Assembly (NCBI GenBank): GCA_038259265.1
Contig: JBBSOY010000003.1
Location: 1-55,853, forward strand
Length of the DNA stretch: 55,853 nucleotides
Direction: 5' to 3'
Origin: Minisyncoccia bacterium
GTDB taxonomy: Bacteria > Patescibacteriota > Minisyncoccia > Phycocordibacterales > DATGWK01
Below, one piece after another: positions 29,096 through 36,601 of this stretch. The notes below the pieces were generated by a model. The model saw only the letters and a list, made by a program, of their open reading frames with translations, was not told the DNA's origin and did not search any database. The first letter of the stretch is position 1. Each line of letters starts with the position of its first letter. The translations under genes and the position numbers were made by a program.

Positions 29096-29527
29096 CTATC
29101 TCCACATTCCCAAAATCAAACCAAAAATTATGAAGAGAATAAGATTGTAGCCGGACTGAACGAGAAATCGCGCCCATTTTGCTTTGCCGGTTTCGCCGGT
29201 CCATAAAGAAGTCGAAGCAATCGTCGTCATGATAAAACCAATCCAAATACCAAACGCAGTATGAATGCCGCTTACCTGCTGGAACTGGAGCCAAGCGCCG
29301 ATAAAGTACGCGAGCACGTACGCCTGAAAAAGCGCCAACACAAACTGCACACCATACATGGGTCCCGCTTTCTTCTGCATTTCTTTGCACTGTTCCGCGT
29401 TCATTGCATCAACACCGTTTAGTTTCATCCAGAGTTTGCCAAAGATCGGACCGTACCAAATGAAGCCCAAGACCATCGCCACGATTCCGCAGACAAGCAC
29501 CGCCCAATAATTAATTATGATGTCCAT
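29096..29527 (-). CDS. DUF1761-family membrane protein
   Basis: INYWAVLV..VLGFIWYGPIFGKLW signature; 4 TM helices. Confidence 0.88.
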   Translation of the reverse strand: MDIIINYWAVLVCGIVAMVLGFIWYGPIFGKLWMKLNGVDAMNAEQCKEMQKKAGPMYGVQFVLALFQAYVLAYFIGAWLQFQQVSGIHTAFGIWIGFIMTTIASTSLWTGETGKAKWARFLVQSGYNLILFIIFGLILGMWR

Positions 29528-29595
29528 GTTTTTAATTTAAAATGTGTAACGTTTCAAGTATAGCAAAAGCAACATTCTTAACCTGGCACATATTG

Positions 29596-29682
29596 CGGAA
29601 GTGAGAGGATTCGAACCCCTGATGCCCTTGCGAGCATGCCGCTTTTCGAAAGCGGTGCATTCGACCACTCTGCCACACTTCC
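29596..29682 (-). tRNA. tRNA-Ser(CGA)
   Basis: GGAAGTG acceptor stem, CCGCT-TT CGA AA-AGCGG anticodon arm, long variable arm, G73. Confidence 0.96.
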
Positions 29683-29892
29683 AGTCGGGCGCGCCGCCGA
29701 TTACTTCAAAAGGTTAAATGAAGTCGAACGAGGCGCTACGATGCTTAGCATTTATATCATTTTTTGGCCGCTTTTACACGGTTTTTACATTCGTTTGGCC
29801 TGATTTTGCTTGGTTTTTACACTTTTTCAGAAAAGTGTTACACTATTTCGGCTTCGATATGCACGGCTTCGGCTCTGCATAAAAAAGCATTT

Positions 29893-29967
29893 GGCCCTAT
29901 CGTCTAACGGTTAGGACAGTGCCCTTTCAAGGCGCAAACCCGGGTTCGATTCCCGGTAGGGTCACCA
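29893..29967 (+). tRNA. tRNA-Glu(TTC)
   Basis: GTGCC-CT TTC AA-GGCGC anticodon arm, CCGGG TTCGATT CCCGG T-arm, encoded CCA. Confidence 0.96.
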
Positions 29968-29977
29968 ATTGCAACAG

Positions 29978-30361
29978 ATGGACGGATATTTTTCTATTTT
30001 AATAAATGAGGATTCCCGGCAGAAGTTGTTGGAAAATTTTCCACCTCAGCATCCGAAAGTATTCGCTCATCACATGACGATTGCTTTCAAACCGCCACTT
30101 TCTCAATACGAAACACTCGCACAATATATCGGCCAGACAATTGAAATGCGCGTGTATGGATATGCAAAAGATGAAAAAGCCGAAGCGGTTTTAGTGGAGA
30201 CAGACATTTTTATGGATCGAGAGTATCACATCACCCTCAGCACAAACAGCGTGGCGCCTTTCTATAGCAACACCTTTATTCAAAGAGATTTTAAAACATT
30301 AGAGACGAAGTTGGCCCTCCGGGGAATATTTGAGTTTGTTGATCATACAAAATTGAAGTAA
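29978..30361 (+). CDS. 2H phosphoesterase-family protein
   Basis: Two HxT motifs (HMTI and HITL) about 50 aa apart. Confidence 0.72.
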   Translation: MDGYFSILINEDSRQKLLENFPPQHPKVFAHHMTIAFKPPLSQYETLAQYIGQTIEMRVYGYAKDEKAEAVLVETDIFMDREYHITLSTNSVAPFYSNTFIQRDFKTLETKLALRGIFEFVDHTKLK

Positions 30362-30392
30362 CGGCGAGGATTTTGCATGTGCATGGCGCGTG

Positions 30393-30420
30393 TTGACATT
30401 TCTATATTGTTTGTTATAGT
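30393..30420 (+). promoter_or_regulatory. sigma70-type promoter
   Basis: TTGACA-16 nt-TATAGT with extended -10 TG. Confidence 0.7.
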
Positions 30421-30466
30421 TATTCCAGAGTCACAAACAGCACAAACATCCTTCAAGGGGAAAACC

Positions 30467-30664
30467 GTGAATAGAGTTTATTTTGCGTTTGCAATGCTGG
30501 TATTTCTTGGAAGCACACTTGCCATCTGGGATGGCTTGTACGGAATCCGGCACCCCATGAAATCGATAGCGCACGGAAACCAACTACAGGTTGGAATGGG
30601 CGCCTTCGACCTGATACTGAGCGTCGTGGTAATTGGAATGGTGTGCGCACAAGAGCAAGGCTAG
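30467..30664 (+). CDS. small two-TM hypothetical protein (65 aa)
   Basis: GTG start after AAGGGG; two hydrophobic helices; has its own promoter and terminator. Confidence 0.65.
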   Translation: MNRVYFAFAMLVFLGSTLAIWDGLYGIRHPMKSIAHGNQLQVGMGAFDLILSVVVIGMVCAQEQG

Positions 30665-30686
30665 CTAAACGATCGACGAAAAAACC

Positions 30687-30714
30687 AAGCCCCCGACAAT
30701 CTGGTCGGGGGCTT
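30687..30714 (+). terminator. intrinsic terminator
   Basis: aagcccccgac-aatctg-gtcgggggctt. Confidence 0.75.
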
Positions 30715-30778
30715 CTTCATCTCACAATTTTCACATACCTTTTGCACATTTTTATTTTATAGTATATTTTTAGCATCT

Positions 30779-31120
30779 ATGACTCGCGTTCATATTAAAA
30801 ACGAAATCCGAGGCTACTTTCATTTCATTCGCACCCAGGGTGTGGCAGGTTTTGCGATTGGCTTCATTTTAGGTCGAGCAATTTCAGACCTCGTCGGCTC
30901 GCTCGTCACAGACATCATCAACCCCCTCATCGGCCTCGCCTTCACCCGTTTTGGCAACCTCACCGAACTCTCTGTCAAAATCGGCGCTTCGACTATTACA
31001 TACGGAAAATTCATCAGCCTTTTTATAAATTTTTTCATCCTCGCTGCCATCGTTTATTTCGGCATCACTAAACTTTCTCAAAAATTAGACCAACCAAAAG
31101 ACGTTCCGCCTGCAAAATAA
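30779..31120 (+). CDS. mscL: large-conductance mechanosensitive channel family protein
   Basis: F..FI....VAGFAIGFILG.A...LV.SLV.DIINP.IG and YG.FI...INF.ILA..VYF patterns. Confidence 0.92.
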   Translation: MTRVHIKNEIRGYFHFIRTQGVAGFAIGFILGRAISDLVGSLVTDIINPLIGLAFTRFGNLTELSVKIGASTITYGKFISLFINFFILAAIVYFGITKLSQKLDQPKDVPPAK

Positions 31121-31133
31121 ACATCATTTTTGC

Positions 31134-31161
31134 TTGACAAAAGCCTCTTTTTTGCTATTCT
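31134..31161 (+). promoter_or_regulatory. sigma70-type promoter with no clear downstream CDS
   Basis: TTGACA-16 nt-TATTCT with extended -10 TG. Confidence 0.55.
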
Positions 31162-31451
31162 AATTATGAAGATGTTCTTTGAGAAGAAAAGTTCTGACGA
31201 GTGATGACCGAGAATGGCCTTCCAGATTTCCAACCGATTTCCTACAATCGTTTACACCCTACAATCCGCCCTTCTCTCTCATCCTCCTCACACTTTTCCT
31301 CTCCATCACCACCCATCCCATCCCCCGCTTCCACTCTGGACGCGGTTATTTTTTGTCTTTTTTTGCCATTTCGAACTTCATGAGCCGCTATGATATACTC
31401 ATGAACAGCCAGTTTTTCTTTTATTATTTAAAATAAGACTCAAAACAACAC

Positions 31452-31628
31452 ATGAACCATCCAGAAGAAGTTCCAATGCCAATGGAGCCAACACTGCCAA
31501 ACACTCCCGGCTCGAACACAGAAGACATGAGCGACAAGGTGTTGAGAAATGGCCGAAAAATTCTTTCTCTCGTAGCCCTCGTGACTTCATTTGTCGCGCT
31601 CTACAAAAAGTTTTTTGGGAAGAAGTAA
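31452..31628 (+). CDS. small C-terminally anchored protein (58 aa), below the ORF-track cut-off
   Basis: Hand translation gives MNHPEEVPMPMEPTLPNTPGSNTEDMSDKVLRNGRKILSLVALVTSFVALYKKFFGKK; A-rich leader; fills the gap before the glutaredoxin gene. Confidence 0.6.
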   Translation: MNHPEEVPMPMEPTLPNTPGSNTEDMSDKVLRNGRKILSLVALVTSFVALYKKFFGKK

Positions 31629-31664
31629 TCGAATTAAGTAGAATTAGAAAATAAATCAAAAAAT

Positions 31665-31907
31665 ATGAAAAAAGTCACTATATTTTCAACTCCAATCTGC
31701 AAGTACTGCAAACACGCTAAAGAATACTTCGCTGCCAACAATGTCCCCTTTGAAGAATTTAACGTTGCAGCCAACGTCGAAAAGCGCAATGAAATGTTTG
31801 AAAAAAGCGGTCAGATGGGCGTACCGGTCATCATCATCGGCGAAACAGACGTTGTTGTTGGTTTCAACAAGCCAGTGATCATGGAACTCCTCGGTTTGAA
31901 GGCGTAG
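31665..31907 (+). CDS. glutaredoxin / NrdH-like redoxin
   Basis: STPICKYC, GQMGVPVI and VVGFN motifs. Confidence 0.93.
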   Translation: MKKVTIFSTPICKYCKHAKEYFAANNVPFEEFNVAANVEKRNEMFEKSGQMGVPVIIIGETDVVVGFNKPVIMELLGLKA

Positions 31908-31960
31908 CATTTACGCTAGGAGAATCTCAAAAAATTCCTCGGTATTGTCTTTCGGACCTT

Positions 31961-32032
31961 GCCGCCGTAGTTCAACGGATAGAACAGTCCCGTCCTAAGG
32001 GATAGATGTAGGTTCAATTCCTGCCGGTGGCA
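31961..32032 (+). tRNA. tRNA-Arg(CCT)
   Basis: GTCCC-GT CCT AA-GGGAT anticodon arm, GTAGG TTCAATT CCTGC T-arm. Confidence 0.94.
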
Positions 32033-32108
32033 CAGTATTAGTCTGTGGTCGGACAGAAAAGACTTGAGAATGCTTGTTTTTTCTCGTTTTTCTGTTAGAA
32101 TTTTCGTC

Positions 32109-32369
32109 ATGGATTTTCACGATAAGGACTTCCTTAACAGGTTGATGGCGCTCACTGAAGAGAACAACGCCATGCTTCACAAAATTCGTCGAGCGACCCG
32201 GTTGGCGCTTTTCGGCCGAATTCTGTACTGGTTTGTCGTTATCGGCTTGTCCATCGGCGCGTTTTACTACCTCCAGCCGTACATCGACCGGATTTTGTCG
32301 GTATACACCGGCTTCAACAACAACGTAAATTCGTTTCAGGGCTTCATGTCATCGTTTGGAAAGCAATAA
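32109..32369 (+). CDS. small hypothetical membrane protein
   Basis: L.EENN.ML.K.RR...YW...IG..IGAFYYLQPYID pattern; one TM helix. Confidence 0.75.
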   Translation: MDFHDKDFLNRLMALTEENNAMLHKIRRATRLALFGRILYWFVVIGLSIGAFYYLQPYIDRILSVYTGFNNNVNSFQGFMSSFGKQ

Positions 32370-32409
32370 GCATATAAAAGTGGCTGTTTTTGGAAAGTAA
32401 CGTAGCAAT

Positions 32410-32482
32410 GCCGAGGTAGCTCAGTTGGTAGAGCATATCCCTGAAGAGGATGGGGTCGCCGGTTCGAGCCCGGCTCTCGGCA
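32410..32482 (+). tRNA. tRNA-Phe(GAA)
   Basis: GCCGAGG acceptor stem, TATCC-CT GAA GA-GGATG anticodon arm, GCCGG TTCGAGC CCGGC T-arm. Confidence 0.95.
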
Positions 32483-32525
32483 CAATAAAGTGCTAAAATA
32501 TACGTATACAAACTAAAGAAAAAAT

Positions 32526-32774
32526 ATGTCAGCACACGAAAAACAACAGGAGGTCCAAAGAAAAATAGACGGGCTACGACGTCATCTTGAAGAACAAGAA
32601 CGAAAATTAGCTGACGAACGCAAAGAAATCCAAAAAACTGAAGCAGAAATGACGAGGCATCTCCAAGAGATTTCAAAGTGGAATATGGATATTCAGAGAG
32701 AAGAAAGGAAACTCGAACAACTTCGACAAGAAGAACAAAGAGAATTGCAAGAAAAAAACAAACACGCAGCATAG
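32526..32774 (+). CDS. small charged coiled-coil protein
   Basis: 82 aa, E/Q/R/K-rich, with an internal EEQERKL/EERKL repeat; followed by a terminator. Confidence 0.7.
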   Translation: MSAHEKQQEVQRKIDGLRRHLEEQERKLADERKEIQKTEAEMTRHLQEISKWNMDIQREERKLEQLRQEEQRELQEKNKHAA

Positions 32775-32798
32775 ATACACGAAAATCACCGAGCTGAC

Positions 32799-32830
32799 AA
32801 AAAACCGCCGGAGAAATCCGGTGGTTTTTT
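32799..32830. terminator. bidirectional terminator
   Basis: aaaaaaccgccgga-gaaa-tccggtggtttttt. Confidence 0.85.
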
Positions 32831-32855
32831 AATGCTTGTGCAAACGCATGCCCAC

Positions 32856-33326
32856 CTACCCGTTATTTTTGACCCGGAGTTTGGACTGGCGGTGTTTGTC
32901 GAGCTTGGGCAAACGAACGATGAGCAAACCATGCTTTTCGACGGCTTCGGCTTCTTCGATTTCAACTTCTTGTGGCAAAAGAATTGTTCGGCTGAAGCTA
33001 CCCCAGTACAGTTCTTTATGAAAATAGTTGTCTTCGCTGATAGTGCGCTCGATTTCCCGCTTGCCTTTTACCGTCACCATGTCGCGAGTGATTGTGATGT
33101 CGAGGTCTTCAGGACGAACACCGGGCACCATGGTTTTGATGACGATGTCGGTCGGTGTTTGGTAGACGTCGATCATGAGTTCGCCAACGCCGGGTTCGAT
33201 GTCGGAAGGAGTTTCGTCGTCATCCTCAGCCTTTACACCGAGACTCACTGTTTCTTCGTCTTCCATGTCGTCTGGAACGCGAATCGCACCAGTCAGCCTT
33301 TCAAAAAATGATCTTTTTTCCCTCAT
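32856..33326 (-). CDS. Hsp20/alpha-crystallin small heat-shock protein
   Basis: IDVYQT..PGVRPEDLDI..ELYWGSFSRTILLP..A...HGLLIVRLPK. Confidence 0.95.
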   Translation of the reverse strand: MREKRSFFERLTGAIRVPDDMEDEETVSLGVKAEDDDETPSDIEPGVGELMIDVYQTPTDIVIKTMVPGVRPEDLDITITRDMVTVKGKREIERTISEDNYFHKELYWGSFSRTILLPQEVEIEEAEAVEKHGLLIVRLPKLDKHRQSKLRVKNNG

Positions 33327-34030
33327 AATATTTTAATTGGATTTAATCTTTTTATTTTTTCGAAAAACAACAGCAGGCCGACGACAGAGAACCAGAGTAC
33401 CAGGAAAGTGACGAATAAATTGTTTCCGCTATTGCTCATTATAGATAAGTTAAAGATCGTATGCAATACAGTTGCAAGAAGAATGCCGATGAAGATCATG
33501 CGGCGGCGGATTTTTTTATCTTTGTAAAAACAAAAAGCCAAACTGAGGCCGACAACGGCTGAGCCCATCACGTGCAGGACGCTTGCACCGATAAAACGCA
33601 TGTTGCCGGTAACAATGCTGTCGATGACGGTGCCATTGGCAAGTGGATCAAAAAGAAATAGCGCATTTTCGAGCGCTGCAAAGCCGAGCGCAGCTGTCAC
33701 TAAATAAATAACGGCGTCGATTGGCTCATCGAACGCTTTGCTGCGAAGCGCCACCATGTAGGCGGCGGCAAACTTGAGTGTCTCTTCGATCAATGCCAGA
33801 AAAAAGAAAAGAATGACTGTATTATTTTTGAAATGCGCAGAAATATAGTGATATGCAATTTGTTCGAGAGGCAAAACAAATGCGATCGCAATGATTCCTG
33901 CAATAAAAGTCACCACAATGAGCCCTCGAGGTTCGGGGTTCGCACTATCTTCCTGCAACCAAAACCAAAGCCAAAGAGCCGCGGGTACGAGACCGCCAAA
34001 AAACGCATAGAAAAAATCTTGCAACAACAT
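33323..34030 (-). CDS. PrsW-family intramembrane glutamic protease
   Basis: NPEP, IEETLK, FDEPID, GFAALEN, H..G and LHT.FN motifs; multi-TM. Confidence 0.92.
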   Translation of the reverse strand: MLLQDFFYAFFGGLVPAALWLWFWLQEDSANPEPRGLIVVTFIAGIIAIAFVLPLEQIAYHYISAHFKNNTVILFFFLALIEETLKFAAAYMVALRSKAFDEPIDAVIYLVTAALGFAALENALFLFDPLANGTVIDSIVTGNMRFIGASVLHVMGSAVVGLSLAFCFYKDKKIRRRMIFIGILLATVLHTIFNLSIMSNSGNNLFVTFLVLWFSVVGLLLFFEKIKRLNPIKIL

Positions 34031-34041
34031 TGTCCCTCAGA

Positions 34042-36213
34042 TTATATCAGAGGCCACGGCTCGATCATAAGTATATTATTTTCCTTTTTGGGAATATTGG
34101 CCCAGATCTCTTCGGTCAAAAACGGCATATATGGATGCAGGATTGTGACAACATGACGAAGAATCGCCAGAAGCGTTTGTTGCCTCGAAGTTTTTGCTTC
34201 AACATGTTCACCCGCCAAAATTCCCTTACTTTCCTCCAAAATTTCTGCTGCAAAACGATCCCATACATAGTGATACATTTTTTCGGCAGCCAAATGAAAA
34301 CGAAACTCGTCGAGGTCTGAAGTGATGTCTGCGGTTATGGTCACAAGTTCTGCCAAAAGGGCTTGGTCGTCCTGAGTACAGTCGGGCATTCGTGAAATTG
34401 CGGCAAGACTCTGCGCCTGCACGCCCTCGGTATTTGAAAGCACAAAACGTGTAACATTCCAAAGCTTATTGGCAAAATTTTTATAGCCTTTTATTTTATT
34501 TTCTGAAAGAGAGGTGTCGCTGCCAGGTGGATTGCCGATAATGAGCGACATTCGCAGCGCATCGGTGCCGTATTTTTCGGTCATGTCGAGCGGATTCACG
34601 ACATTGCCTTTGCTTTTGCTCATTTTGTTGCCTTTTGCATCATTCACAAGACCGTGCATGTAGACGTCACGAAACGGAACGTCGCCGGCGAGGTACAAAC
34701 CAAAAATCACCATGCGCGGCACCCATTTAAAAATAAGGTCGTAGCCGGTTTCCATGACATGTGTCGGGTAAAATGTTTTAAAATCGGGACTGTCGGGAAA
34801 ACCAAGGGTAATGAGCGGCCACTGCCCAGACGAAAACCACGTGTCAAAAGTGTCGGTGTCTGCAACAGTTTCTGTGCCGCATTTTGGACACACCGAGGAC
34901 ACATCAGTCGAATGACTCGCTGAAATTTGCTGCGCATCTGGAAACGCATAGTCGCAACCCGTACAAATTCTGGCCGGAATCGGAATGCCCCAGACAATTT
35001 GACGAGAAATGTTCCAGTCGAGCGTATTGGTCATCCAATAATTAAAAATTTTTCGATAGTTGTCTGGATGAAATGCAATATTGCCTTCTTCCACAGCCTT
35101 GAGGGCCTGCTCGGCAAGCGGTTTCATTTTCACATACCATTGCGGCAGCTGGCGCGGCTCGATCGTCGTACTGCATTTGTAACAAACGGGCACGGGATGA
35201 ACATAGCTTTCGGTTTTTTCGATCAAACCCAGAGCTTCGAGATCGGCCACGACACGCTTTCGAGCTTCAGCAATTTTCAACCCGGCGTATATGCCTGTTT
35301 TTTCATTTAATTTTCCGAACTTGTCGAACACTTGGACCGACGGCAGACCATGGCGCGCGGCGAGTTCGAAATCATTTTTGTCGTGCGCGGGGGTAATCTT
35401 CAAAGCGCCGGTGCCGAAGTCCTTTTCAACCACGTCATCACCGACAACCTGCAAGTTCATAGGACCGATCGGAGTTTGAACCTCGATTGTTTGGCCGATG
35501 TACTGCTCGTACCGTGAATCTGTCGGGTTAACAGCTACCGCAACATCGCCAAACATCGTTTCAGGGCGAACAGTTGCCACGACAAGCGGACCATATTTTA
35601 AATAATAGAGCGTATCGGTAATTTCTTTGGATTCAGTTTCGACGTCCGAAAGCGACGTCTGGTGTTTTGTGCACCAATTGACCATTCGGTTGGCTCGGTA
35701 CACCAGACCATCGTCGAACATTTTTTTAAAAGTCTGCTGAACTTTTTTCGTGACGTCAGGGTCGAGGGTAAATTTTTCTCGGGACCAGTCGCACGATGCG
35801 CCGAGCCTTCGAATCTGATTTTCCATGATCGCCTTATTTGCAATCGTAAAGTCGTAAATTTCAGAATACAGTTCCTTCGGATCCATCTTAAAACGGGACC
35901 GACCCTCTTTTTCAAGTTTTTTTTCGTATACGATCTGAGTTTCAAAGCCAGCATGGTCTGCGCCTGGAACCCATAATGTTTTAAAACCCTGCATGCGCTT
36001 GAAACGAATCATGATGTCTTCGAGTGTAATAAAAAGAGCGTGGCCAACATGCAAGTTGCCGTTGGCATTTGGCGGCGGCATGATTATAGTGAAAGGTTTT
36101 TTGTGGGTTTTTGGAAGATTGTCTGGATTAAAAAAACCTGAATTTTCCCACGTTGTATACACAGCGGTTTCTGTCGAGGTATGGTCGTACGGTTTTGTGA
36201 ATTTTTCGTTCAT
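34042..36213 (-). CDS. valS: valine--tRNA ligase
   Basis: PPPNANG.LHVGH, GADHAG, DWNISRQ..WG, DTWFSS and KMSKS motifs. Start placed at ATG 36213. Lacks the C-terminal coiled coil. Confidence 0.97.
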   Translation of the reverse strand: MNEKFTKPYDHTSTETAVYTTWENSGFFNPDNLPKTHKKPFTIIMPPPNANGNLHVGHALFITLEDIMIRFKRMQGFKTLWVPGADHAGFETQIVYEKKLEKEGRSRFKMDPKELYSEIYDFTIANKAIMENQIRRLGASCDWSREKFTLDPDVTKKVQQTFKKMFDDGLVYRANRMVNWCTKHQTSLSDVETESKEITDTLYYLKYGPLVVATVRPETMFGDVAVAVNPTDSRYEQYIGQTIEVQTPIGPMNLQVVGDDVVEKDFGTGALKITPAHDKNDFELAARHGLPSVQVFDKFGKLNEKTGIYAGLKIAEARKRVVADLEALGLIEKTESYVHPVPVCYKCSTTIEPRQLPQWYVKMKPLAEQALKAVEEGNIAFHPDNYRKIFNYWMTNTLDWNISRQIVWGIPIPARICTGCDYAFPDAQQISASHSTDVSSVCPKCGTETVADTDTFDTWFSSGQWPLITLGFPDSPDFKTFYPTHVMETGYDLIFKWVPRMVIFGLYLAGDVPFRDVYMHGLVNDAKGNKMSKSKGNVVNPLDMTEKYGTDALRMSLIIGNPPGSDTSLSENKIKGYKNFANKLWNVTRFVLSNTEGVQAQSLAAISRMPDCTQDDQALLAELVTITADITSDLDEFRFHLAAEKMYHYVWDRFAAEILEESKGILAGEHVEAKTSRQQTLLAILRHVVTILHPYMPFLTEEIWANIPKKENNILMIEPWPLI

Positions 36214-36294
36214 TTTTTGATTTTTATAATCATAGCATGCGCCATTGTCCAGCGAACCATTCTTGCCTGCCCGACTCGTGAGCAATATTTAGAT

Positions 36295-36323
36295 TTGACA
36301 AAATATTTAATATATTGTATCAT
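36295..36323 (+). promoter_or_regulatory. sigma70-type promoter of the surface-protein gene
   Basis: TTGACA-17 nt-TATCAT, about 280 nt upstream of ATG 36602. Confidence 0.6.
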
Positions 36324-36601
36324 TTAAACATGGCTTAAAAGACATCTGGGAGTGGGTTTAAAAGACAATAAATGTCCTTTAGAAATGAGCGAGGTCCTAT
36401 ACAGAATTCTAAAGGACAAAACTTTAATAGGCAATTATTTCGTGTTTATGTCAATCCGGGTTTTTGACCTTCAAAAAATGAAAAAGGTACAAAACTAAAA
36501 AACACTTGACTTGTACGAATTAGATACTTATTATGTTGGCACACGTAAAAAAAAGGAGCAGGAATTAATTAATAAAATTTAGAAAAACAGTTATACAATT
36601 T

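Noticed and set aside
29771-29822. Three TTTTACA direct repeats between divergent tRNA genes
   Set aside because: They are short and AT-rich, and one is probably just the -35 box of the tRNA-Glu promoter. Support for an operator is insufficient.
11220-30750. Scattered TGTGCACA/TTGCACA motifs as DnaA boxes or oriC
   Set aside because: They are isolated and imperfect, not clustered, and there is no dnaA/dnaN context.
3777-36285. Longest-ORF start codons from the track (3826, 3777, 5883, 9194, 12526, 13421, 19768, 21845, 22445, 24577, 36285)
   Set aside because: The extensions overlap neighbouring genes or promoters and lack family similarity, so downstream ATGs were chosen.
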